Positions 9,848-17,792 of a DNA stretch of 64,000 bases are shown one piece after another (position 1 is the stretch's first letter; every line of letters begins with the position of its first letter). The notes under the pieces are model-generated. The model was not told where the DNA came from and did not search any database. It worked only from the letters and a program-made list of their open reading frames with translations. A program made the position numbers and the translations under genes. This DNA comes from Sandaracinaceae bacterium (GTDB taxonomy: Bacteria; Myxococcota_A; Polyangia; Polyangiales; Houyiibacteriaceae), in assembly GCA_020633075.1 (NCBI GenBank), contig JACKEI010000004.1:97092-161091 (forward strand), written 5' to 3'.

Positions 9848-11089
9848 TTGTTGAAAGTGAAAGTCAAAGTCATTATCGACAGGTTCCAAGGGCGGCTGCG
9901 GCAAGGGGTCGCGGCGCATCGCAAGGCCGCGTACCGCGCGCACCGGGTGCTGGGCGTTGGGCTGGCGCTGTGGCTGGCGTTGCTGGCGCTGACGGGCGCG
10001 CTGCTGGTGTTTCGCGCGGAGCTGGACTGGCTGAGCACCCCGGCGCTGCGCGTGGAGCCGGCTGCGGCCAGCGAGCCCGCCTGGCGCCCAGAGCGCGTGA
10101 CGGCCGCCGTGGACGCGCACGCCCCGGGGGCGCGGCTGCTGCGCGTGGACCGGCCGGCTACGTCGCGCTCCGCAAGCCTGGTGCGCATCGCGGAGGGCGC
10201 GCACACGCGCGAGCTCTTCGTGCACCCGCGGACCGGTGTGGTCTTGGGAGGGCGCAGCCTCGATGACGGGCAGCACTCGCTCGCGGACCTGGTCCGTCAG
10301 CTGCACGTGCGTGTGTTGTTGGGAGCCTGGGGCCGCACGCTGGTGGGGCTGCTGGGCCTGCTGTGGGTCGCGGCGCTGGTGACCGGCTGGTGGGTGCACG
10401 GGCGCCGCCGGCCCTCGCGCACGTGGCGGGCACGGCTGCACGCGGGGCTGGCGCGGGTGACGCTGCCGTACGCGGTGATGATGGGCGTGTCGGGCGCGTG
10501 GCTGGGCCTCGAGACGCTGCCGTACTTGCTCTCGCGCGTGGATCTCCGCGCCGCGTTCGGGGCGCCGCACGAAGCGCCGCACGACGCGCCGCACGAAGCA
10601 CCGCACGAAGCACCGGTGCCCGAGACACAGGCGCATGGGGACGTGCTCGCGCACGCGGAGGAGCACGCCAACCGCGCGCTGCCCGGCGCGCGCGTGCAGA
10701 CGCTCTGGCCCCCGGAGCATCCGGACCAAGCTTGGCTCGCCGGGCTGGAGCACACCTCGGCGTGGCTGCCACCGGGCGCGGTCGAGCTCGACCTGCCCCG
10801 CGCAGCGCAGCCGGGACAGTCGGGACAGCCTGCTCGCCCGGCGCGTCTGTACGCACCCACCACCGCAGAGCACGTCACGGGGGCCCTCGAGGCGCTGCAT
10901 GTCGGCTCCTTCGCGCAGCACGCCGGCCCCTTCGCGTGGCCTCTGCGCCTGCTGTGGGCGCTGCTGGGCGCCACCCCGGTGGTGGTCGCGCTGGCCGGCC
11001 TCTACGGCACGCTCCGCCGCTACCGAGCACGCGCCAAGCAGCGCCCACCCCTCCCTCTCACCCCACGACCCCTGCGAGAACTCACATGA
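9848..11089 (+). CDS. PepSY-associated transmembrane (PiuB-like) protein
   Basis: N-terminal AYRAHRVLGVGLALWLALLALTGALLVF and later LVRQLHVRVLLG..GRTLVGLLGLLWVAALVTGWWVH are the characteristic PepSY_TM helices. TTG/GTG start. Confidence 0.75.
   Translation: MLKVKVKVIIDRFQGRLRQGVAAHRKAAYRAHRVLGVGLALWLALLALTGALLVFRAELDWLSTPALRVEPAAASEPAWRPERVTAAVDAHAPGARLLRVDRPATSRSASLVRIAEGAHTRELFVHPRTGVVLGGRSLDDGQHSLADLVRQLHVRVLLGAWGRTLVGLLGLLWVAALVTGWWVHGRRRPSRTWRARLHAGLARVTLPYAVMMGVSGAWLGLETLPYLLSRVDLRAAFGAPHEAPHDAPHEAPHEAPVPETQAHGDVLAHAEEHANRALPGARVQTLWPPEHPDQAWLAGLEHTSAWLPPGAVELDLPRAAQPGQSGQPARPARLYAPTTAEHVTGALEALHVGSFAQHAGPFAWPLRLLWALLGATPVVVALAGLYGTLRRYRARAKQRPPLPLTPRPLRELT
9853..9877 (+). promoter_or_regulatory. 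AT-rich hexamer array GAAAGT-GAAAGT-CAAAGT-CATTAT-C (Fur-box-like, 14/19 to GATAATGATAATCATTATC) at the 5-prime end of the PepSY gene
   Basis: Read directly. Positions 9859-9877 match the classical Fur box at 14 of 19 positions, with the last 8 of 8. It is an unusual AT-rich island in a GC-rich genome. It overlaps the only plausible starts (TTG 9848 / GTG 9854). Confidence 0.25.
10562..10615 (+). repeat. 12-bp in-frame tandem repeat, 4.5 copies, encoding (APH[ED])n
   Basis: GCGCCGCACGAA / GCGCCGCACGAC / GCGCCGCACGAA / GCACCGCACGAA / GCACCG read directly, inside the PepSY gene. Confidence 0.9.
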
Positions 11090-11358
11090 CACCCAGCTCC
11101 AAGTCCCCGTCGTCCACGTCCACTGCACACGAGTGCGTGAAGACCCGTCTGGCCGAGAGCGCCGTCGCCGCCGTCGACCTCTCCGACTGCGGCGTCATGT
11201 ACCTGCACCTGGGCGCGCTCACGCTGCGCCTCGCACCCAGCGTGCTGTCGGAGCTGCTGGCCACGCTGGGCGAGGCCGTGGCCATGCACGCCTGCCAGCA
11301 AGCCGCGGGCGAAGAGCCGCTGGCCTGGATCACGCGCCTGCAGTACGGCGACTCGTAG
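11086..11358 (+). CDS. hypothetical small protein (90 aa), translationally coupled to the PepSY gene
   Basis: Internal ATG of ORF 10363..11358. The ATG overlaps the PepSY stop as ATGA. Balanced, non-shadow-like composition (..DLSDCGVMYLHLGALTLRLAPSVLSELLATLGEAV..). No recognisable family. Confidence 0.45.
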   Translation: MTPSSKSPSSTSTAHECVKTRLAESAVAAVDLSDCGVMYLHLGALTLRLAPSVLSELLATLGEAVAMHACQQAAGEEPLAWITRLQYGDS

Positions 11359-11407
11359 CGTGACGCCGTGGGGTCCACGCGGGGCGACGTCTGCTACGCT
11401 GTGGCGC

Positions 11408-12397
11408 ATGGTCGCCTGCTCATCCCGTCGCTCCGCGTGTGCGCTGTTCGGTGCCGCCTGGCTCACGCTCGCCTCACTCACCACGGGCTGCGGAAGCACA
11501 GCTGGCGCCTTGGACCAAGGCGCCGGCAGCGACCTCGGCGGCGCACAGGACGCAGGGCCCGACCAGAGCCTCTCGGGGGACGCGAGCGTCACAGGGGACC
11601 TGGGCCGCGTGGCCGACCTCGGTCGCGTCGACGCGAACGTGGCGGACCTGAGCACCGGCCCCACCGACATGGGGACGGTCCCGGCCGACATGGGCACCGT
11701 CCCCACCGACATGGGCCGGCCCGATCAGGGTCCGCCGTGCGGTCCCGCCACCTGCTCGGGGTGCTGCGACTTTCTGGGCGTGTGCCGCGCTGGAGACACC
11801 TTCGCCGTGTGCGGCGGCGGCGGCGGCGCGTGCAGTCGCTGTACGTGGCCAGAGACCTGCGAAGCGGGCAGCTGCGAGCCACGGGCCTGCTCGGCCACGG
11901 CGCCCAGCCGCGGGGTGAACGGGAGCGACACCTGCGGACCGGCAGGTCGCGAGTACATCTGCGACTGCCCCGACAACGCCGCAGGCTGCAGCGGCACGGG
12001 CGTGTGCACCTCGCAGTACCAGACCCGCTGGCGCTTCCGAGTCGCCACGGTGCAGTTCGACCCGACGGTGGTGTACGACCCGGGTCCGCCCGGCAACGGC
12101 GACTTCACCATCGCGCCGGACCCCATCGTGGAGCTGCAGTTCGGCAACACGCCGGCTTACACCACCCCCCTCGTCGAGGGTGCCTACTACCACGAGTACA
12201 TGCCCATCGTGGGAGCGCTGCGGGGACCGACGGGTCTACCCCTGCTGCGCGTGACGCTCTATGACGCGGACTACCCCGGTCTGTCGCAGCGGCTGCACTG
12301 CGATCTTGCCTTGGACGAGGCCGAGGACGTGCGCGCGCGGCGCCTCGTGTGCCAGCAGGGCACGACCTACGTCGAGCTCTTCGTAGAGCCCATGTAG
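11408..12397 (+). CDS. hypothetical Cys-rich lipoprotein
   Basis: ORF 11360..12397 trimmed to MVACSSRRSACALFGAAWLTLASLTTGC (lipobox). D/G-rich linker, Cys-rich segment (CGPATCSGCCDFLGVCR..), then a beta-rich C-terminal domain. Confidence 0.62.
   Translation: MVACSSRRSACALFGAAWLTLASLTTGCGSTAGALDQGAGSDLGGAQDAGPDQSLSGDASVTGDLGRVADLGRVDANVADLSTGPTDMGTVPADMGTVPTDMGRPDQGPPCGPATCSGCCDFLGVCRAGDTFAVCGGGGGACSRCTWPETCEAGSCEPRACSATAPSRGVNGSDTCGPAGREYICDCPDNAAGCSGTGVCTSQYQTRWRFRVATVQFDPTVVYDPGPPGNGDFTIAPDPIVELQFGNTPAYTTPLVEGAYYHEYMPIVGALRGPTGLPLLRVTLYDADYPGLSQRLHCDLALDEAEDVRARRLVCQQGTTYVELFVEPM
11661..11723 (+). repeat. imperfect 21-bp in-frame tandem repeat, 3 copies (PTDMGTV / PADMGTV / PTDMGRP)
   Basis: Read directly within the lipoprotein linker. 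Confidence 0.8.
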
Positions 12398-12439
12398 CGC
12401 GGAGCGCCGCGGGGGACCCGAGCGCCGCTCGCTGCGGCG

Positions 12440-13270
12440 TCAGCGCCGATCACGGCGACGACCCTCGCGCGCGCCCCGCACGCGGACGCTGGCGCTGGGC
12501 GCGGACGCGCGGCCGTAGACGTCCACCAGGACGACCTGGACCTCGCTGCCCGCCGACACCCTGCCGCGGCCGGGGACGTTCGGGGAGCCGCAGCGGCCGC
12601 CGCTCGACCCCTCGCCTGACACCTCGGTGACGTCTACGTGGGTCTGCAAGAGCTGCGCGTCGCCTGCGCCGACCGGCGTCAGCACCAGCAGCGCGTTGGG
12701 GTAGGACAGCACGCGGTCGAAGCTCACCGTGGTGGTCCAGTGCTGAGTGCGCACGCGACCGCGACCGCCGCCGTCGTACACCTCCTCGCGCTCAGCGTGC
12801 GTGATGCCCGTCACGCGCGGCAGCGTGGGGGCCGGCGGCAGCGCGCCGCCGATGGTGATCGGCATGGGCCCCGCGCCTTGGGCCGAGAGGCCCTCGAGCA
12901 GGTAGCGCCCCGGCGCGGGAGGGCGCTGGAAGTCGAGGCGCACGAGGCCACCCGGCAGGCGGGTGGGCACGAGGGGGATGCGCTCGCTCCCGCCCACCAG
13001 GGTTGCGGCAGGCAGCACGAAGTCCCCGTTCACGTTGGTCTGGACGGGCACGCCGGCCGTGACGTAGCCGTACTCCAGCTGCACCAGCAGCGACCCGGCT
13101 GCGGGCAGCGGCGCGCTCAGTGGGGTCAGGATGCGGGCCGAAGGCTGCGGCATGGCGCACAGGGCGGAGGCGTCATGCACCGGAGCCAGGCCGACGCCGA
13201 GCATCACCAGGAGAGCGAACCGGACGACGACGGGGACGGAGAGCGGGGACAGCGCGCGAGCATTGAGCAT
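12440..13270 (-). CDS. hypothetical secreted protein
   Basis: ATG start and N-terminal hydrophobic signal-like helix. Same strand as, and downstream of, the DUF2079 gene. No recognisable domain. Confidence 0.58.
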   Translation of the reverse strand: MLNARALSPLSVPVVVRFALLVMLGVGLAPVHDASALCAMPQPSARILTPLSAPLPAAGSLLVQLEYGYVTAGVPVQTNVNGDFVLPAATLVGGSERIPLVPTRLPGGLVRLDFQRPPAPGRYLLEGLSAQGAGPMPITIGGALPPAPTLPRVTGITHAEREEVYDGGGRGRVRTQHWTTTVSFDRVLSYPNALLVLTPVGAGDAQLLQTHVDVTEVSGEGSSGGRCGSPNVPGRGRVSAGSEVQVVLVDVYGRASAPSASVRVRGAREGRRRDRR

Positions 13271-13377
13271 GGTGCCTCATCGTACCCCAGCCAACGCTGG
13301 ATACTTGGCTGGGCAGCCACCAACGACCACCAGCCGCCACCAACGACCCACCAGAGAGCGCTCGGCGCCACGGATGG

Positions 13378-15330
13378 TCAGTGAGCGAGCAGCGACACCG
13401 GCAGGGTGATGGGGTCCCCTGGCTCCGGCCGGGCGCCGCTCGAGCGGAGCGCGCCCACGTACACCTGCGTCCCAGGCGCAGCGCCCGCTGGGAGCAGGTC
13501 CGCGACGTCCGTGAAGACGTGGTCGCCGGCCCGCAGCAGGGCGGGCGACACGGCCCCACCGAAGAGCAGCTCCACGCGCCGCGGACGCTGGTGCGTACCC
13601 ACGCGCAACGCAAGATCCGTGGGGCAGGGACCGTGCACGACGAAGTGCAAGCGCACGGGGGCAGCCGCCACGGACCCCTCGGGCCGACCGGGTTCCGGCG
13701 ACGCGGGCGCGCGGCTCGACGCGCTCAGAGGTGTGGCGCCGGGAGGACGGCTCGCGTGGGTGACGCTCAGGCACGCGGTGAGCTGCTGCGCGGGCGCCTC
13801 CGCTTCCGGCGCGGTCCGCTCACCCGCCGGGCCGATGTCTTCGCGAAACGCCGCGAGCGCGGCGCGCGGATCATACCCCCGCTCCAGCAGCACGTAGGGC
13901 GGGGCGTAGACGCGCACGCCACGGTCTTCGCGCGCCATGAACGCACGCACGAAGGGCTCCTCGGCGGTGCGCAGCAGCGTGCCCTGCCCCGCGTAGCGCG
14001 CGCGGTGCGACACATCCAACACCCAGTAGTCCACGTGCCTCTCCGGGGGCGGCGCTCGGTGCAGGGTGGCGCGCTCGGCCAGGTGCGGCAGCAGCGCGTC
14101 GGGCGCTTGCACGGTGGCGTCTCGGGGGATCGGCGCGAGCACCTCGCGGGCGGCCAGGGTGTCGTCCCCCGCTACGTAGTACGGCAGGTAGAAGCGCAGC
14201 GAGAGAGGCCCGCAGCCGCCCGCCACGTAGCCCGCCAGCACGGCCGTGAGCACCAGCGCGGCGAGCGGCCGCTCCGAGCGCGCCGACAGCTTCTGGCGCA
14301 GCCAGGCGAGCCCATGCACGGCCGACCACACCAGCACCGGCAGCGCCGGCGTGAGGTAGTGCGTGCGCAGCTCGCTGGTGGTGGGGAACTGGCTCAGCAG
14401 CAGCATGGCGAACACGGGCAGCGCCGGCAGCAAGCGCCGTGGGGCCAGCAGCGAGAGCCCCAGCAGCGGCGCCAGCACGCGCGGCAGCAGGCTGAGTTTT
14501 TCCGGCTGGGTGATGTGCGCGGCCACGGCCAGCGGCTGCGTGAACACGGACAAGATGGCGCTGACGAAGCCGCCCCCCAGGTGCCCGAAGTGGAGGTCCA
14601 GCGAGCCGCCGCGCGGCGTGTAGGCCGGGATGATGAACCCTATCCAGAGGCCCAACCAGAGCAGCGAGCCAAGGGCCACGCCGGCCGCCACCCTGCGCGC
14701 GCGCCGCGCCGGCTGCGCTCCCACCAGCCCGCTGTCGGCGGGCGCGTCCGTGGGCGTCCACACGAGCCAGGCCACCACCCCCGTGAGCGCCGTGATGGCG
14801 GCCAGGTCCTCACGGCACAGCAGCACCGCCACGGTGGCCCACAGCAGGCCGCGCGCGTCGCGCCGGTCGAGCGCGTCCAGCGTCCAGACCAGCGGCCCGA
14901 GCGCCAGCGTGCCCGGGTGGAACTCGTAGCTCAGCACGTGGCTCAGGTTGGGATGCAGCGCGAAGGCCAGCCCGGCGAGGGCGCCCCAGGGCCCCAGCGT
15001 GCGCGCGCCCATCTGCGCGAGGCGCTGCGCCGCCAGCCCCGCGCTGAGCGTCTGCGCCAGCAGCAGCACCGGCACCGTGCCCACCAGCATCCCCAGCCAG
15101 CCGAGCGGCACCAGCACGGGCGACGCGTGCAGGCCCAGCACGTGCGCGCCCATGATGGGGTCGTAGAAGTCCCCGCGGGCAAGGCCGTACGCCATGCGCG
15201 CGTAGAAGGCGAGGTCGAAGGTCTGGTTGTGGACGCTGCGGTAGCGCAGGTACCCCATGGCCCCGAAGACCAGCACCGGCGGCCACGCTGCCCAGAGCAG
15301 ACGACGTGTGCGCGGCTCTTCGCTCGTCAC
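13378..15330 (-). CDS. DUF2079-family polytopic membrane protein
   Basis: GTG start 17 nt after the dnaN stop. N-terminal ..NQTFDLAFYARMAYGLARGDF..GAHVLGLHASPVLVPLGWL.. and about 12 predicted helices fit DUF2079. C-terminal soluble domain of about 250 aa. Confidence 0.68.
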   Translation of the reverse strand: MTSEEPRTRRLLWAAWPPVLVFGAMGYLRYRSVHNQTFDLAFYARMAYGLARGDFYDPIMGAHVLGLHASPVLVPLGWLGMLVGTVPVLLLAQTLSAGLAAQRLAQMGARTLGPWGALAGLAFALHPNLSHVLSYEFHPGTLALGPLVWTLDALDRRDARGLLWATVAVLLCREDLAAITALTGVVAWLVWTPTDAPADSGLVGAQPARRARRVAAGVALGSLLWLGLWIGFIIPAYTPRGGSLDLHFGHLGGGFVSAILSVFTQPLAVAAHITQPEKLSLLPRVLAPLLGLSLLAPRRLLPALPVFAMLLLSQFPTTSELRTHYLTPALPVLVWSAVHGLAWLRQKLSARSERPLAALVLTAVLAGYVAGGCGPLSLRFYLPYYVAGDDTLAAREVLAPIPRDATVQAPDALLPHLAERATLHRAPPPERHVDYWVLDVSHRARYAGQGTLLRTAEEPFVRAFMAREDRGVRVYAPPYVLLERGYDPRAALAAFREDIGPAGERTAPEAEAPAQQLTACLSVTHASRPPGATPLSASSRAPASPEPGRPEGSVAAAPVRLHFVVHGPCPTDLALRVGTHQRPRRVELLFGGAVSPALLRAGDHVFTDVADLLPAGAAPGTQVYVGALRSSGARPEPGDPITLPVSLLAH

Positions 15331-15347
15331 TGGGACCGCGCGCGCGA

Positions 15348-16475
15348 CTAGATGCGCATGGGCATGACCACGCCCACGAAGTCGGCGCCGTCACCCACGG
15401 GCTTGATCACGCCCGGGTCCACCTCGCCGTTGAGCTCCAGCGCCACCTCGTCGTGCGAGAGCGCGTTGAGCGCCTCCAGCAGGTACTTGGCGTTGAAGCC
15501 GATGGAGAGCGGGTCGCCCGCGTAGTCCACCTCGAGCTCCTCCACGCCCTCACCCACGTCGGGGTTCTGGCTCTGGACGCGCAGCAGGCCGGGCGAGAGG
15601 TGCAGCTGGACGCCGCCGCTCTTGTCGTTGGCCACCAGGTTGATGCGCCGCAGGGACTCCACCAGGCGCGCCCGCGAGGCGACCACCCGCTTGCTCTGCT
15701 GCTTGGGGATGACCTTGTTGTACGGAGGGAACTGCTCGTCCGCGAGCTTGACGCTCAGGCTGAGCCCCTCGCGCACGAAGAACGCGTGGCCCTTGGTCTT
15801 GGCGACGGCGACCGTGGCGACGGCCTCGCCCCCCTTCAGGTCCGCGCGGGCCTCCTCGATCATGCGCTTGAGCTCGGCGATGCCCTTGTGCGGCACCAGC
15901 ATGGTGAACTCCAGCGTGACGCCCGTGCTGTGCTCGGCCTTGGACAGGCGGTGCCCGTCCGTGGTCACCAGGCGCAGCTTGCCGCCGTCGATCTCCAGCA
16001 GGGTGCCCGACAGGTGCGGGCGCGTGTCGTCGTGCGACATGCTGTACTGCGTGAGGCCGATGAGCTCACCCAGGCGCGTGGCGTCCAGCTCCGCGAAGGT
16101 GGCGTTCTCGGGCACGGGCAGCGGCGGGAAGTCGTCGTCCGCCATGCCGGGGATCTTGTAGCGCACCTTGCCGCAGCGGATCTCGCACGCGTGGTTGGGC
16201 CCCACGCTGAAGCTGACCTCTCCCTCCGGCAGGTTCTTCACGATGTCGAACAGCGTGCGCGCCGAGATGGCCACGCTGCCCGCGCGCTTGACGTCCGCGA
16301 CGGAGAGCGACGTGACCCCGAGGTAGAGGTCCGTGGCAGACAGCCGAACGCGATCCGTGCCCTCGGTCGCGAGCAGGATGTTGGACAGGATGGGCATCGA
16401 GCTCTTCCGATCGGCGACCGCGTGCGTGCGGGCCAGACATCGGAGGAAGTCGCGTTTGCTGATGCTGAACTCCAT
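15348..16475 (-). CDS. dnaN: DNA polymerase III beta sliding clamp
   Basis: MEFSISKRDFLRCLARTHAVADRKSSMPILSNILL...LSATDLYLG...TDGHRLS...PMRI: full-length canonical DnaN. Confidence 0.95.
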   Translation of the reverse strand: MEFSISKRDFLRCLARTHAVADRKSSMPILSNILLATEGTDRVRLSATDLYLGVTSLSVADVKRAGSVAISARTLFDIVKNLPEGEVSFSVGPNHACEIRCGKVRYKIPGMADDDFPPLPVPENATFAELDATRLGELIGLTQYSMSHDDTRPHLSGTLLEIDGGKLRLVTTDGHRLSKAEHSTGVTLEFTMLVPHKGIAELKRMIEEARADLKGGEAVATVAVAKTKGHAFFVREGLSLSVKLADEQFPPYNKVIPKQQSKRVVASRARLVESLRRINLVANDKSGGVQLHLSPGLLRVQSQNPDVGEGVEELEVDYAGDPLSIGFNAKYLLEALNALSHDEVALELNGEVDPGVIKPVGDGADFVGVVMPMRI

Positions 16476-16806
16476 GGGAGACGCTCTCTACTACGAAACG
16501 GGCCAGAGGCGAAAGGCTTGACGATGCGTTGGGAGCTGAGGGGGGGCGGGGCCTGCTAGGAGATCATGAAAGGTAATTTAAAGATCTCGTCGTCTTAACA
16601 GAACCTGTGGATAGTGCGATCAGCGGCGCAACGTCATGAAATGAAACGACAAAGACGCACACGCAGGCTGTGTGTGAAAAAGTGGATGCGCTGTGGGGAA
16701 CGCCGTCCACCGGATACCCACAGGGCTTGTCCCCCGTGATTCACAGGGCTTGTCCACAGGCTCAGGGGCGGCATTTTTTTTCGTCTGGCCTGCTATACCT
16801 CCCGCC
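16476..16806. other. candidate chromosomal replication origin (oriC): DnaA-box cluster plus AT-rich element in the dnaN upstream intergenic region
   Basis: DnaA-box-like 9-mers: 16606-16614 (rc CTATCCACA, 8/9 to TTATCCACA), 16692-16700 (rc TTCCCCACA), 16714-16722 (ATACCCACA), 16737-16745 (TGATTCACA), 16750-16758 (TTGTCCACA, the high-GC consensus form), and 16835-16843 (rc TGATCCACA) just inside the SDR gene. AT-rich 16561-16600 has 27/40 A+T. A 14-nt direct repeat CACAGGGCTTGTCC sits at 16719-16732 and 16742-16755. Confidence 0.5.
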
Positions 16807-17595
16807 ATGGCGCAGCTCTTTCAGGACAAGGTCGTGTGGATCACGGGTGGCGGTACGGGCATTGGCAAGGCCCTGGCCGTCGAGTTCGCGCGGGAGGGAG
16901 CCAAGCTAGCGCTGTCCGGGCGGCGGCGCGACCGGCTGGACGAGGCGGCCGGCGAGCTGCGCACCACCGGGGCCCAGGTGTTGGTGGTGCCCTGCGACGT
17001 GACGGATGAGGACAGCGTCGAGGAGGCCGTGGCGGCCGTCATCGCGGAGTACGGGCAGCTGGACGTGTGCGTGGCCAACGCGGGCTTCTCCGTGGCCGGG
17101 CGCATCAAGAAGCTGCGCGCCGAGGACTGGCGGCGGCAGTTCGACGTGAACGTGATCGGCCTGGCCTCCACGTGTCGGGCGGTCATCCCCCACCTCGAGA
17201 AGACCAAGGGGCGCATCGCGCTCATCGGCAGCGTCTCGGCGCTCTTTCCGGCGCCGGGTCTGGCCCCCTACTCGGCCAGCAAGGCGGCCGTGCGCGTCAT
17301 CGGGGCGTCGCTCAGCGCGGAGCTGCACGGCAGCGGCGTGAGCTGCACCACCATCCACCCGGGCTTCGTGGAGAGCGAGATCGCGCAGGTGGACAACCAG
17401 GGCCGCTTCGACGCCGAGCGCGAAGACAGGCGCCCCGCCAAGCTCATGTGGCCGGCCGACAAGGCGGCGCGCGTGATGGTGCGGGGCATCTACAAGCGCA
17501 AGCGCGAGTTCGTGTTCACGGGGCACGGCAAGGTGGGTGCGTTCTTCGGCCAGCACTTCCCGGGCCTGAGCTACGTGGCCACCCGCGGGCGCTGA
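16807..17595 (+). CDS. short-chain dehydrogenase/reductase (SDR) family oxidoreductase
   Basis: ORF 16693..17595 trimmed to ATG 16807. ITGGGTGIGKA (TGxxxGxG), NAG, and YSASK (YxxxK) motifs. Confidence 0.9.
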   Translation: MAQLFQDKVVWITGGGTGIGKALAVEFAREGAKLALSGRRRDRLDEAAGELRTTGAQVLVVPCDVTDEDSVEEAVAAVIAEYGQLDVCVANAGFSVAGRIKKLRAEDWRRQFDVNVIGLASTCRAVIPHLEKTKGRIALIGSVSALFPAPGLAPYSASKAAVRVIGASLSAELHGSGVSCTTIHPGFVESEIAQVDNQGRFDAEREDRRPAKLMWPADKAARVMVRGIYKRKREFVFTGHGKVGAFFGQHFPGLSYVATRGR

Positions 17596-17792
17596 CGCAG
17601 GAATTGTCCCAAGTCCTTGGAATGTGAGCGCTTCTGGACGCGAAGTGGACGCGTTCTGAGCCGCATATGCGGGTGGGTGCGGACGTACCCCGTGACAGCT
17701 TCGGACGTGTGGTCGCGCTTGGCGTGGTCGCGCACGGAGCTGCTCGCCCGCGGGGCGATGCGTCACACCGCACTCACAAGGACGAAGACGAC

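Noticed and set aside
16693-16806. Upstream extension of the SDR ORF through the dnaN intergenic region.
   Set aside because: The SDR Rossmann motif starts right after ATG 16807. The extension crosses the AT-rich, DnaA-box region and has non-coding composition.
17661-17672. Perfect 12-bp palindrome CCGCATATGCGG downstream of the SDR gene as a terminator or operator.
   Set aside because: The 5-bp stem with a 2-nt loop is too weak for a terminator, and I could identify no matching half-sites or a known regulator motif.
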